Source: Perna viridis
Taxonomy: Eukaryota
NCBI GenBank assembly: GCA_037379345.1
Contig: CM074519.1
Coordinates: 22,718,103-22,782,102, forward strand
Reading direction: 5' to 3'
DNA length: 64,000 nucleotides
The notes under the pieces were generated by a model, which saw only the letters and a list, made by a program, of their open reading frames with translations, was not told the DNA's origin and did no database searches. A program made the translations under genes and the position numbers. This document shows, piece by piece, positions 14,366-26,985 of this stretch. Position 1 is the first letter of the stretch; each line of letters opens with the position of its first letter.

Positions 14366-14830
14366 TCCTTTAGCAACATTTATTTCTTTTGTGGAAAAAC
14401 GAATTAATGGAATAATACAGATGTCAAAATGTAGGAAGCACGTTACCATCTGCCTTGTATCAATAGTGTCTTGAGACAGACTAGGAATGAAAAAAAATTC
14501 GGACAATTTAAAAAGCAGTATTGTTAACAAGTTTATGAAATGACATGTTCTTGAATTGTGTGACTTACATGTAGTTCTGGATGATTTTAATTTTTAACAC
14601 ATTTTTCCCATCATGTACTTCCTTGCAAAACTTCCATCTACACAATTCTCGTAATAATGCATGATTAAGGAAAAACATTTCCCATGAAAGCTCCTTCGAA
14701 TTTTTTTTCATCTAGGTACTAGGTCTCTAAATAATATGCACACATTATTACAAAGTAAGGGTACCATATTAAATCATAATTTATATATTGCAAGACATGA
14801 TAAAAGACTGCCGAATATTGCGTCACTTAC

Positions 14831-14911
14831 CTTCTGAACAGTTTTTTTCCGATGTATCCTTTACAACATTTTTTATGAAAATGTATCTCTACTTTGGTCT
14901 TTGATATTTGC
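14831..14911 (-). CDS. Gene A exon: second half of EMI-like domain (RQISKTKVEIHFHKKCCKGYIG[K/N]CSE), with an apparent +1 frameshift in an A7 run
   Basis: TTTACAG acceptor and GTAAGT donor; CCxGY motif. Length is 81 bp where 80 bp is needed for a phase 2->1 exon. Confidence 0.75.
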
Positions 14912-15686
14912 CTGTAAACGTCAATTGTAATACTTACATGAGGCAAGACAATTATTACAGGTACCACTTTCAATAAAAATTTAGATAGACTTCTGAGTAA
15001 TTTTGACAGTTCAGGTAGAATTCTGTCCTAATAATATGCCCTAATAAAATAAATATAACCTGTCTTTTTTTAATCACTGAACACCCTTATGATCGTAAAG
15101 AAAACATGTACAATGTAAAACGATTTTTTTTCCCACTGTATGCCTTTAACTTATAACGGTGCTAAAATGCTTTTATATGCTACTAAAATATAGCCTGATG
15201 ATTTGAAAAGGCACATTAAAAATAGGTTCTTACGTTGTTCATTTACTGTGTTATTTCATTATTCAATTTGGTCATTTATCTACGTTAATTGTGTGAAAGG
15301 ATTGTCATAGTTTTACCCCCTCTTTAGTCTACCAAGGATATACTAATTCATGAATATCTCTGCGGGCTTTTTTCTGAAAGCAGACGACTCTTACCCTACC
15401 AGTGCAGCTGGTCCATGCTCCCAATTTCAGTGGCGATAAGGTTGCTCATTTTACTTTTGTTTCTTTGTACCACTTATATTCTTATTTTTTTTTGTTCAGG
15501 TTCTTAAATATGTGCGTCTATTTTCGTAGTCGAATCTTTATTTTTTTACCATATTCTTTTGATTATCGCTTCGAATTTTGTTCTTTGTTATTCTTCCTTT
15601 TCTTTAATATCCAACTTTTTTTTAAACACTGTGTATTAAAAAGTAGATACAATATTTTAAAATATGATATCATAATGTACAAATAC

Positions 15687-15803
15687 CTGTATCTAGCGCA
15701 TCGGCTCCAACCAAAAACTCCACATTTTGCCGTGTAGTATTGTGAGGTATAAACTGTTTTTGTGGTGCTTTCGTTGTAACTGCAGTCTTTTTGTAAGGAT
15801 ATT
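15687..15803 (-). CDS. Gene A exon: first half of EMI-like domain, copy 1 (ISLQKDCSYNESTTKTVYTSQYYTAKCGVFGWSRCARYR)
   Basis: 117 bp, TTTCAG acceptor and GTATTT donor, phase 2-2; CGxFGWxRCxRYR motif. The frame differs from the ORF-track frame. Confidence 0.8.
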
Positions 15804-17543
15804 CTGAAATAAAAAGTATAATAATAATAATGCAGCTTCTCATTTGATAATTTGTAGACTGCAAATATTAATTACTTTAAAATAATTTTTGTAACCATCT
15901 TTAGGTTCATCACCCAGAAGTGTTTGAAGTCAAGATACATAATATTTGAGAATAGTACAGTTTATTTTAGGATATAAAATGAAAGTTGATCGATAAATAA
16001 GTTCTCCTGTCCGTGCGAGACTCGTACGAGTAGTCAATGACGTTAAAGCCCTCCCCCCAAGTGGTAAATAAATTCTGATTTTTATTTCTGTAAATAAAAC
16101 GATGATTTGATACATCCATCATTTTTGTATTCAATCAAAAATATGGCGTATTTCGAAACATAATTTTTGTCCGTACTTAATCTAATCTTCGATTCAAATG
16201 TTTACCTTCGTAAAAAAGTTGGCTAAAGAGATAAGAAAATTTCAATTGATAGCTGTGGTGGATTTTCTCATTTCATCTACTGTTACTGAGAGAACACTTG
16301 CACTTTCCCGTAAAAATTGGAATAATTAAATAAAGAGTTAGTGAACAATGATATCTTACATATACTGTTTGAAAAAAAATATTTTATAATTATAATTTAT
16401 CGAGATTAAGAGATGATTGAATATTTCTTGCAGTTTGTTTATATCAAGTTACTGTGTTGAAGTAACCTGTATTTAACAACTGGACGTGCAGTATTGCGTT
16501 TTTCGAGTGTATGATTTTGATTTATAACTGTAAACGAAAGCTTTTATATGCTACTGAAATATAACCTCACGATTTGAAAGGGCAAATTGAAAATAGTTTC
16601 TTACCATATTCTTCTACTAATGTTGTACGAACAATTTAAGACATGGAAAACATAGATATCATTTTGATAGGAATGGCTGTTGCTTATGTAAACGTTGGTT
16701 TGGAATGAATAGAAATGTCAAAATGTAGGAAGCACGTTACAATCAGCCTTGTATCAATAGTGTCTTGAGACAGACTAGGAAAGAAATAAAATTCGGACAA
16801 TTCAAAAAGCTGTATTGTTAACAAGTTTATGAAATGACTGGTTCTTGAATTGTGTGACTTACATGTAGTTCCGGATGATTTTAATTTTCAACACACTTTC
16901 CCATCATGTACTTCCTCTCTTTTTGTAATCACTGAACACCCTTATCATCGTAAAGAAAACAGTTTTTATATGTACAATGTAAAACGATTTCTTTTTTTTT
17001 CGACTGTATCCCTTTAACTTATAACGTTGCTAAAATGCTTTTATATGCTACTAAAATATAGCCTGATGATTTTAAAGGACACATTAAAAATAGGTTCTTA
17101 CGTTGTTCTTTTACTGTGTTATTTCATTATTCAACTTAGTCATTTATCTACGTTAATTGTGCGGAAGAATTGTCATAGTTTTACCCCCTCTTTAGTCTAC
17201 TAAGGACATGATAATTCATGAGCATCTCTGCGCGTTTTTTCTGAAAGCAGACGACTCTTACCCTACCAGTGCAGCTGGTCCATGCTCCCAATTGCAGTGG
17301 CGATGAGTTTGCTCATTTTACTTTTGTTTATTTGTACCGCTTATTTTTTTGTCAGGTTCTTTGATATGTGTGTCTATTTTCGTAGTCGAATCTTTAATTT
17401 TTTTACCATATTCTTTTGATTATCGCTTCGAATTTTGTTCTTTGTTATTCTTCCTTTTCTTTAATATCCAACTTTTTTTTAAACACTGTGTATTACAAAG
17501 TCGATACAATATTTTAGAATATGATATCAAAATATACAAATAC

Positions 17544-17660
17544 CTGTATCTACCGCATCGGCTCCAACCAAAAACTCCACATTTTGCCGTGTAGTATTGA
17601 GAGGTATAAACTTTTTTTGTGGTGCCTTCGTTGTAACTGTAGTCTTTTTGTAAGGATATT
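17544..17660 (-). CDS. Gene A exon: EMI-like first half, duplicate copy 2 (ISLQKDYSYNEGTTKKVYTSQYYTAKCGVFGWSRCGRYR)
   Basis: Near-identical to 15687-15803 with splice sites and frame intact; first Cys changed to Tyr. Whether it is used is unknown. Confidence 0.55.
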
Positions 17661-20619
17661 CTGAAATAAAAAATATGATGATAATAATGCAGCTTCTCAT
17701 TTGATAATTTGTAGACTGCAAATATTAATTACTTTAAAATAATTTTTTGTAACCATCTTCATGTTCATCACCCAGATGTGTTTGAAGTCAAGGTACAGAA
17801 TATTTTATGGTAGTACAGTTTATTTTATGATATAAAATGAAAGTTGATCGATAAATATGTTCTCCTGTCCGTGCGAGAGTCGGAAGAGCAGTCAAGGACG
17901 TTAAAGCCCCCCTCCCCCCTTAGTGGTAAATAAGTTCTGATATTTATTTCTGTAAATAAAACGATGATTTGATACATCCATCATTTTTGTATTCAATCAA
18001 AAGTATGGCGTATTTCGAAACATGATAAGACTAAAAATTTGTTTGTCCGTACTTAATCAAATCTTCGATTCAAACAAATATTTACCTTTGTAAAAAAGAT
18101 GGCTAAAGCGATAAGAAAATTTCAATTGATAGCTGTGGAAGATTTTCCCATTTCACTTACTGTTCCTGAGAGAACACTTGCACTTTCCCGTAAAAATTGG
18201 AATAATTAAATAAAGAGTTAGTGAACAATGATATCTTACATATACTGTTTGAAAAAAAATCTTTTATTATTATAAATTATCGAGATTAAGAGATGATTGA
18301 ATATTTCTTGCAGTTTGTTTATATCAAGTTACTGTGTTGACGTAACCTGTATTTAACAACTGGACGTGCAGTATTGCGTTTTTCGAGTGTATGATTTTGA
18401 TTTATAACTGTAAACGAAAGCTTTTATATGCTACTGAAATACAACCTCACGATTTGAAAGGGCAAATTGAAAATAGTTTCTTACCATATTCTTCTTCTGA
18501 ATTATTTCATTATACAACATGGTCATATAACTACGTTAATTGTGTGAAAGGATTGTCATAGTTTTATCCCCTCGTTTGTGTACCAAGGACATGATATTTA
18601 ATGAGTATCTCGTCGGGCTTTTTTTAGAAAGCAGATGAATCTTACCCTACCGGTGCAGCTGGACCATGTTCCCAATTTTAGTGGAGTCCTGGTTGATCAT
18701 TGATTTTTGTTTATGTGTACCAGTTATGTTGGTTTTGTCAGGTTCTTTCATTTGTTATGTTTGTCTGTTTTCGTAATCGAATCTTTATTTTTGTACATAT
18801 TCTTTTGATTATTGCTTCGAATTGTTTGCTTGTTTTGTTCTTCTCTGTCTTTAATATTCAACTTGTTTTAACACTGTGTATTAAATTGTGGATAATAAAG
18901 CAGCGCGACATATAATAATTTGCAGACTACAATGATTAATTTTCTTGAAATTCTTTTATTCATCTATATGTCCAACACTCAAAAATGTTTAAGTGTCAAG
19001 GTTAAGATTGTTTAAAAGTAAAAGAAAAAGGTGATCGATGAATTAATTTCGATATACATTGTTGTTAATAAAACGACGATATTCTGTATTCATTTTTTGA
19101 TATTCAATAAAAAATATTTTAACTTGAAACTTGATAAGACTACAGATCTGGTTGTCCGCACTTAATCTAAGCTTTGATTCAAATGTTTACATTTCTTTAA
19201 AAAGATGGGTTTTTTTACGAAAGCGACAAGAACATTCAAAATATTAGCCGAGGAAGATTCTTTATTATTTCACCCACTGGATGAGATAAAACTTGTGTGC
19301 TTTCACGTAAAAAATGGAACAATTAGATAAGAAGTCAGTGAACGATAATCGAGATGATTTTTTACTTCTTGCAGTTTGTTTTTATCAAGAGATTGTGTTG
19401 AGGTGACCTGTATTTTACAACTTGTCATGACGTATCACTGACCACACTGATACGTTGTGATCAGCTGTTTGAAAAAGTTATTTCAGTTAACGATAAAATC
19501 GAAGAACAAACTCGAACTGTAAATTGGATTTGCTTTGCGTGATTTTAATTTTTGGAGTATTTGGTTTTTTTTTTTCGAATAAAACAAAACCTTTAGGAAT
19601 TCGTTGTTAAATGTAATGTCACCTTTCCCCTCGGGTTCTTATGACACCATATTTAGGTATTAATTTGACCAATAAAATAAATCTATATTTATACCGTCAG
19701 CTTGGGCGCCGATCATAAAATTGATTAAAATATAACATGTGGCACCACGGAATTAAATTCTTGAAGGATTTTAATTAGATGTATTTCCTACCAAGAATAA
19801 GGTATAGGATTAGATATATTCATGAAAGATGAATATAGCTTGTTGTTGTTATTTATTTCATTTTTATTCAACTGAATTAAATCAAAACATCACTCCGGAT
19901 AAATTTAAATAGCACTTACATTGCTTCGAAATAAACCGTACATTTTCACGCATGTCATGGTTCATTGATCGTCAATGTTAAGTTTTTAGTGGATTCTTTG
20001 TTGAGCCTGTTTCTCCTGCCTAGTCTTTGTCCCTGGATGGCATTCTTTTGATTTTTGCTAGAATCTTGGTTCCATCGAATACTCTTACTTTATTACTTTA
20101 TTACTTTATTTTTTTCCTGAAATCTTGTTTGAAATGAGGACGTTTATTCCTATGGAGTATTTTTTGGCATATGTTTTGTTAAAGTGCAAAATTTGAACAC
20201 AGCTAAAATTTAACAAGTTTTTCCGTCTCAAAGTGCGAAAAAGTCTTACGCAAAAAGGAGAAAGTACGTTTTAGGTGGAAATCGGCCCTGATACAGTTTT
20301 TCTTAATTTTAGCTGAAAATAGTCTTAAGGTATGCAATTTATAGAAATACATTGCTTTTTACATTTGCCTTCTTTTTTTGCGGAAGAAATAAGTTTTGTC
20401 AAATGACGTTACGTCACAATTCAAAATATAACACTACTTTTGTCGCTAGTTCTAAATACGTGTAATAAATAAATGGATTAAATGTTATTCATTTTATTCA
20501 ATATACGAATAAAAAAAGTACTGGTATCTACTGTCCAGCTATTTAAGTAAAATTCTCCATTCACTTTTCGATCACACTGCTATCACTATCATTTTCATTA
20601 ACGGGTTCCAGAATTACTG

Positions 20620-21110
20620 TAGCATCTTTAGTATGATCTTTCCACCATCTAATTCCGTTTTAATAGCTAAGTACCAACTTATGTTTGTTATATCTGCATA
20701 TGTACCAAATCTACCAGATTTGCACAGACAATAACAAGGTGTATTAACACCCTTATCATATATTATCCAGCTCATTTACTTTTTACTAAAGATATGTCTA
20801 CTTTGTATTTTAGCTACTAAAAGCCCTTTATCATAAGCGTCAATTAGCATTTCATAGTCCCCATCCTGATTGAAATGTTCTTGCGTATACCTCCTTGCAT
20901 GTTTAACCTGTTTTTATTTGAGGTATCTCATGTTCAGTATATCTAGGAAAACCTTCTAAATGATCCGACGAATCCTCGATTTTCACCCATTTGTGAGACC
21001 TTTTATTCTTGTTCTTCTTTTTCTACTTTCTCGTTCAAGATATTGCATCTTAGCAGCCTTGTCTTTTTCTTAATCTCCAGAACTCAAAGGCGGATTAAGA
21101 AAATCATAGA
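20620..21110 (-). pseudogene. Decayed C-terminus of a SWIM-finger-containing DDE transposase (PIF/Harbinger-ISL2EU-like group)
   Basis: Manual translation: PPLSSGD..AKMQYL..W..FPRYTE..ARRYTQEHFNQDGDYE..LLVAKIQSRH..KK*..WI.Y..CYCLCKSG..WYLA, with stops and frameshifts. Family assignment is from recalled motif similarity. Confidence 0.65.
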
Positions 21111-23824
21111 CAAATTGAAAAAAAAATGGAGTTGAAGTGGAAATGGATGAAAAGTGTTGTAGCTCTATATCCACTATAATTAAAATTCGTTGACAAAATA
21201 ATAAAATTTTATCATGATATATATACATATATTATTTTCTATCAGACTAGAACTGGGTATCTCTGTGTCAGTAGACACGTACGCTACCGATTTAGCTACA
21301 TTGACTTCTTGTTGATCAATGGTCTAAAATTTAATATATTTGTTATTGGTGAATATTTTAAAACGTCTGCTGTGCTATTCTTTTTTCTTTAAGCTTTCAA
21401 ATGTTGTAATGTCATACTGATTCAAGATTTGCTATTTTCTTGACTTCATTTTTCTTTTGCAAAATCACAGATAGGTCTATATGGCGATTCGGCATAACGC
21501 CAGGACCATGGCGGAAACATGCCGGGACCATGCCGAATGTTTCGGACTGACGTTGTAGCAGACTACACGGTTTTGCATATTGCAGTTTGGTCACATTCTT
21601 TGATCAGAGCAAAACTAAGTTTTTGTCACTTCTCTGTTATTACTATTTCAATATTTGAAAAAGTTTCTGGTCAAAGCTAGCGGCCACGTCGGAAAATGAT
21701 GTTAAAGTCGAAAAATTAAGTACATGTCCGCGTTTTCCGTGTCCGGAGCCGATTTTTATCTTATTTCATCACTTGCTGGTTCATTAATTTACCATATTAC
21801 ATTCTCGTGAGTAACTGTCACAATAGAATGGGATCGATCAATTTACAATTTAAACACCTTGTATATTGTCAGCCTACGTTTTATTCTAAAGAGCAAAACG
21901 TTTGTGATTTATTTTTTAAGGTCTGTACAGATGTGCATTGCAATATTAATACTTTGCTTTTTGCTATTATTTTGTGTTTGTTTTAATAAAGGATTTGCGT
22001 ATCAGTTGTTTTTTTTTCTTTTTTTTTTTTTGGCTAGCTTATAGAAACATAGCTTATAACATTCATCTTTCGGGGTCGATATAACTTGTTGTCTTTTGTC
22101 GCATTTGTTGTTTGTTTTTCTGTATCGATCTCAAGAATGAAATCCACATTCAACCATATTTTATAGTTTATTTGTATTTTCCCGGGTTACAGAGCGCTCA
22201 CATGTATTACCCCGCCTAATACTTTTTGTGCTTGTCGAAAGCCTGGAACCTGTAGTCCGGTGATTGTCATTTTGTGTTTTTTTTTTAATTTTCATTTATT
22301 TATTTATTCGTTTTATATTTTTTTCTATAGATTAGGTAAATTTTCGTTTTTTTTATGAATATTTACATTTCATTTATAGTGGGGCTTTTTACAGTGTGCT
22401 TGATGGTAAAGGTTTTGTGAATCTTTGAAGACCATGTGGGGACCTAGTTAAATTGTTCGTTGCATGGCTTTTAGTGGATGACGTCCCATTTTCTATCATA
22501 TCATATCTCCTTTTTTATATCACATGTGTATGCTTAATCCTTAGTATATTACATCACTACGAAATTCTGGAATACTCTGAGGATACAAATTTTTATGTAA
22601 GGTACAACGATACGTAAAGGAGTAGTCACGTGATCAGAATTCAGGAACAAATGTATGGCATGTAACAATTCTATTACAAATCAATGAATGGTTTTTATCG
22701 CAGACTAAACCACCTGTTAAATACAAAATTTTCTAAATCATTTTGCAGACAATGGACACGAATGTGTCACAGAGACATCAACCCCAAACAACTGTAAAAT
22801 TCTCAGGTCTATTGTTCTCGGTGTTCGAAAAGTCTTTATCGACTAATGTATTCACTTTTTAACTTAGTGTTAAAGATATTGATCGCGTGAAATCAATTAC
22901 CTAAGTTTGCTATGGACTTTTGTTAAGCATTAGTTTGTCGCTATAGACAAAAAAGTCAACTCCTATTCAAACATGTCATAGCTTCAATTTTATTATATTC
23001 TTGCATATTTTTTTCAAACATCTGTAAGAATATAATAAAATAGAATTTTTAAAAAGTTGTAAAAATGCAATAAAATTTTAATATAATTTAAACTTTTATT
23101 TTAAAACAAAAGACTTTGTGTCTTTCGTTACAAATACCCGCAATGATCATAAAAAGGACAGTTTTTTTATGTTACTCCAAAAAAGCGTCACATAATTTGT
23201 TCAAACCCTATATTTATAATGACGATAATCAATATACTAATTTTGAGTCTCCAACATTTTTTCCTATATGTCACTGTTTTTCAGTTATCATTACAAGGTT
23301 AAGATCAAGGTTTTAGGTCACGGAAACCTTCGATCTTGAAATTTTTAAACAGATAATATACATTGTATCGTCAACGATTAATTGTAAAGTGTATACGACT
23401 TGCGATTTAATAGTAATAGTGGCCAATCGATACTGTGTCGTTTTAGACTGCAAACTTGCATTACCGAGGAAATTTCAGACTTCTGGTAACAGAGATTTTG
23501 CAATGTCCCATTTTTTTCACCTTTTCCCTGCTTTTTGCGGCCATATGAAAACGGTTTCGAAAAGCATATGTTCAGTGTCAGATGTTATCGAATATGAGTG
23601 CAAGGTTTTGTAAGAATCGGGAAATGAAAAATACCTAAATAAAACAATTAAAAAAACAAAAACAAAAAACAAAGGAACAAAGAAAACAAAACAAAAACGG
23701 TTTGAAAACAATGGTTCACGATCGGTGATTTGATATTAATCAGCACAAATACAAGAAAACAAAAAAGATGCAGAGAAGACCTTACTTATAACAACAATTA
23801 ATAATAATAATAATAATGAAAACA

Positions 23825-25842
23825 ATAAACGGCCAAAGGCCGATGAATGGTCATATATTCCCCAAACCCGAATTATTCTCTCGACATGCCCATGCAATTA
23901 CAACTATACCATTACAGCAAACTGGCCATCACATGACAGAATAAAAGGCACTATACAATGTTTAAATTGGGAACATAGCAAACCAGTCATAACACAGATT
24001 ATTTACGTTTCCACGAAACGTGTAGAAGCCGTTTCCAGACTTATTTTTTGAGAAAATGTATCATCAATTGAACCGCATATAATTACATGTAATTGGGGTA
24101 GAGTAAAGAACTTGGATATCAAATTTCATCGAAATCGAACAACTTTGATTTTTTACCGCGGTGGCGGTCTTTTGAAAAAAAAGCGGTCGATACGTAGATC
24201 AAAGTATCAACTTGACAGCAGACTTGAAGGCGGCTTAAAGAACCTTAGAATAAATTTACATCGAAATCGGACAAATGTGATTTTTTTTTTACGAGGTTGC
24301 GGTCAATTACAAAATGCCAACCGATACGTAGCTCAAATTGCGAATTGAGCCGCAGATTATTAATCGGGATGGCTCTAGAACATAGATATCATTTACCTCA
24401 AATTATATCAAAATCGGAAAATTTGAATTTTCGACCGACTTTGCTGACATTATGAAAATGACGACTGAGACGCACGCTATTTTGTTTTTTTTAATTCTGT
24501 TTTGATTACTGACCTTAACATTTTTTTTCGGAGAGTAATTCCAACTTCCTCAAAAGTTTTAGGTTAGACATATTTATTTAAGTATATAAGCACAAGCAAA
24601 TACAGTATACATATACACATGTACATACAAACTCATGGTAGGATTCGGAACGAAGCTAAATAGCTTGTACAAAGTTCCGCGTCCTTACGAGTAAAAATGA
24701 TTTTCTTAACTGACTAGTGAATAAAACAAACGAAAACCTTGTACCAGTAAAGTATCAAATGTTCCTGAATCCTATTTCTAAAAGTGTTAGTGGAGCTAGA
24801 ACTGTGAGGAAGTTTGTGTCACAGTTCATCTGTTGCTGGCAGAACGTATTCAGAGAAAAAGTTAGTTCTCGTGCAAATTTCTAAAATATTTTAAAATTAT
24901 CTAGTTTAATGTCCATGCAAGGATTGAACCGAATTTGGAATTAACGACTGCAAATACTTTGGAGTTTCCTCGATAATAATCTTATATAATAATATGAGTC
25001 CATGTTTTCCCTTCTGTCCGAAATTTTTACCCGTCCCCTTTTTTCTTAAAGTTTGTTGATAGATGTTCATTTGGTCCCTCCCGTCACAATTTGCATAGCT
25101 TCTATGTGAACATTTTCTATCGATTAAGCCACAGATTCTTAATTGGGACGGCTTAAATAAACATATACATCAATTGTAATCAAAATTGTCGACCAATGTG
25201 GAGGCAATTTTGAAAATGGCAGCGGATACTTAGCTCAAATTGACAACTGAGCCGCAAATTATTTATTGGGACAGCTCAAAGAACCTAGATATTAATTTTT
25301 ATCCGAATCGGACAAATTTGAATTTTCGAACGCGTTGGCGGTCATTTTGAAAACGGCGACCGAGACGCACGCGATATTCTTTCTGAATTTTAATAAACCA
25401 TTAAGCTAAATTTATATATCAAGTTTCGTCAAATTATGATCTGCAGTTTTCGAGATATATGAGTTACAGAATTTCGGTGTTAAAGATGGGTACGTGTTGT
25501 TCTGTGGCCATTAAAAAATATCGACAACTACAATAAACATTTCTGCATCCTTCGAAGAGCAGTTCTAACTCTCTGTGAAGTTTCTTCTCAATCGGATGAG
25601 TCACTTTTGAGAAAAAGGACGGACACTTTCAAGAATTTATTTGACAGGAGATTTAATATAATGATAATAATAATAAGAAGAAGAAACACAGTAAAAATAA
25701 TAAATCACCGCCGCTTCGTGGTCGGCGACTTAAAATAATAATACCGAAGAAACGGTGCAAAAGCAATAAAGCGACTTACTAAGAAGAAACACAGAAAAAA
25801 AAAAACAATAAGTCACGTTCACTTCGTTGTCGGCGACTTAAT
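23825..25842. mobile_element. Helentron/HINE-like non-autonomous element(s) with internal repeats and a triplicated terminal hairpin
   Basis: Repeated AAATTTCATCGAAATCGGAC / GAAAATGGCGG units; (AAT)n-AAGAAG followed by an AAGTCACC..GGCGACTTAA hairpin motif repeated at 25700-25842. Confidence 0.55.
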
Positions 25843-26660
25843 AAAGGTGAATATCATCCATATAAAGGTATTGGAATCGCCGTAAATATAACCCCTTTTA
25901 TTATACTTTTAGTGCTGAGTTTTCTGCTAAGAAGATTAAATGCAGTATCAAGACACAGGAAGGTGCAGTGTTGATTGTCAATATTATTCTAAAAAAAATT
26001 CTGACTGTATATTTATTTGGTATTAGTAGCAAAAGGGTCGTCATAAATGTTATTGAGAAATAATCTAAAATAAATGTATTCCCAGTTAGACTAGGCAGTA
26101 CGTTGTTGAAACCTTCATAAGATGATTCTCTGTTTATAAAATCAAAGAAAAACATGTAGTTTGTTAATAATATGAACTTACGTCAGACAATAGCCATATT
26201 ATAGAAGGCTTTATTAAATAATAATATTGTTTTGGCCAATTTAATTCAACAGAAATTAAAACTGTAATATTTGGCAATATTTTACCGAAACGTCCCGAAT
26301 GTCCATTTTCATATACCACGATTGTCGTTTTGTAAACAAAACAAAATATCGGAACGGGACATCGCCCATTGTTTTAGCAAAAAAGTCGATTCCGTAGAAA
26401 AAGAACGAAACAAAGTCATCTTAAACGTAAAGTAAAGATAGATCAGCAGAAAAAGTTTGAACTTTGTATAAGCTTGAAATTGTTTATTTGAGCAAGGATC
26501 TGTGTTGAATAACTGCACATTAAACTTTAATTTCAAGATTCTATATTTGTCCAAGCCGTGTGGTATTGTTAGCGAGAAAGAATATGATGGCAAGAATTAT
26601 CAAAAATAAAAAAATTCACATACATGTATTTATCACATTTAGACACTAATTACATGTCTA

Positions 26661-26985
26661 CAGTACCTAAACCGATCAGTGCAACAAAAAACGCGATCAA
26701 TGATCGATCAGTTTCAGATCAGTCAAACCGGTGATCACTGTATTTTACGGTTTGAGCTGTTTTCCTTGACAATTGTACACATATTAACCTATGCAAAAGA
26801 TTTTATAAAACATCAGTTGATACTTTATTTCACATTTCTGTATGAAATAAACAGATCATCCGTCATTTTACATAACAATACTGCAGTCAGATCGGTAAAT
26901 GGTCATCGGTCATCGATCCGTCAGCGAGCAATCAGTCAGCAGTCATTAATCCGTCAAATCGTTGCATGGATCGATTCGAGGATTG
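26661..26985. mobile_element. MITE family 1 copy
   Basis: Same TIRs and internal motifs, TA flanks. Confidence 0.8.

Larger units (their letters stand above)
14419..19430. repeat. Tandem segmental duplication in gene A: unit 1 ~14419-16614, unit 2 ~16714-18494, older partial unit 3 ~18500-19430
   Basis: Long runs of identity with an offset of ~1857 bp at the exon. Confidence 0.9.

Noticed and set aside
15670-15864. ORF-track proteins MQSTNYQMRS... (and 17527-17721, 15402-15737)
   Set aside because: Wrong frame or strand; the Cys/Trp EMI-like frame bounded by splice sites is the credible one.
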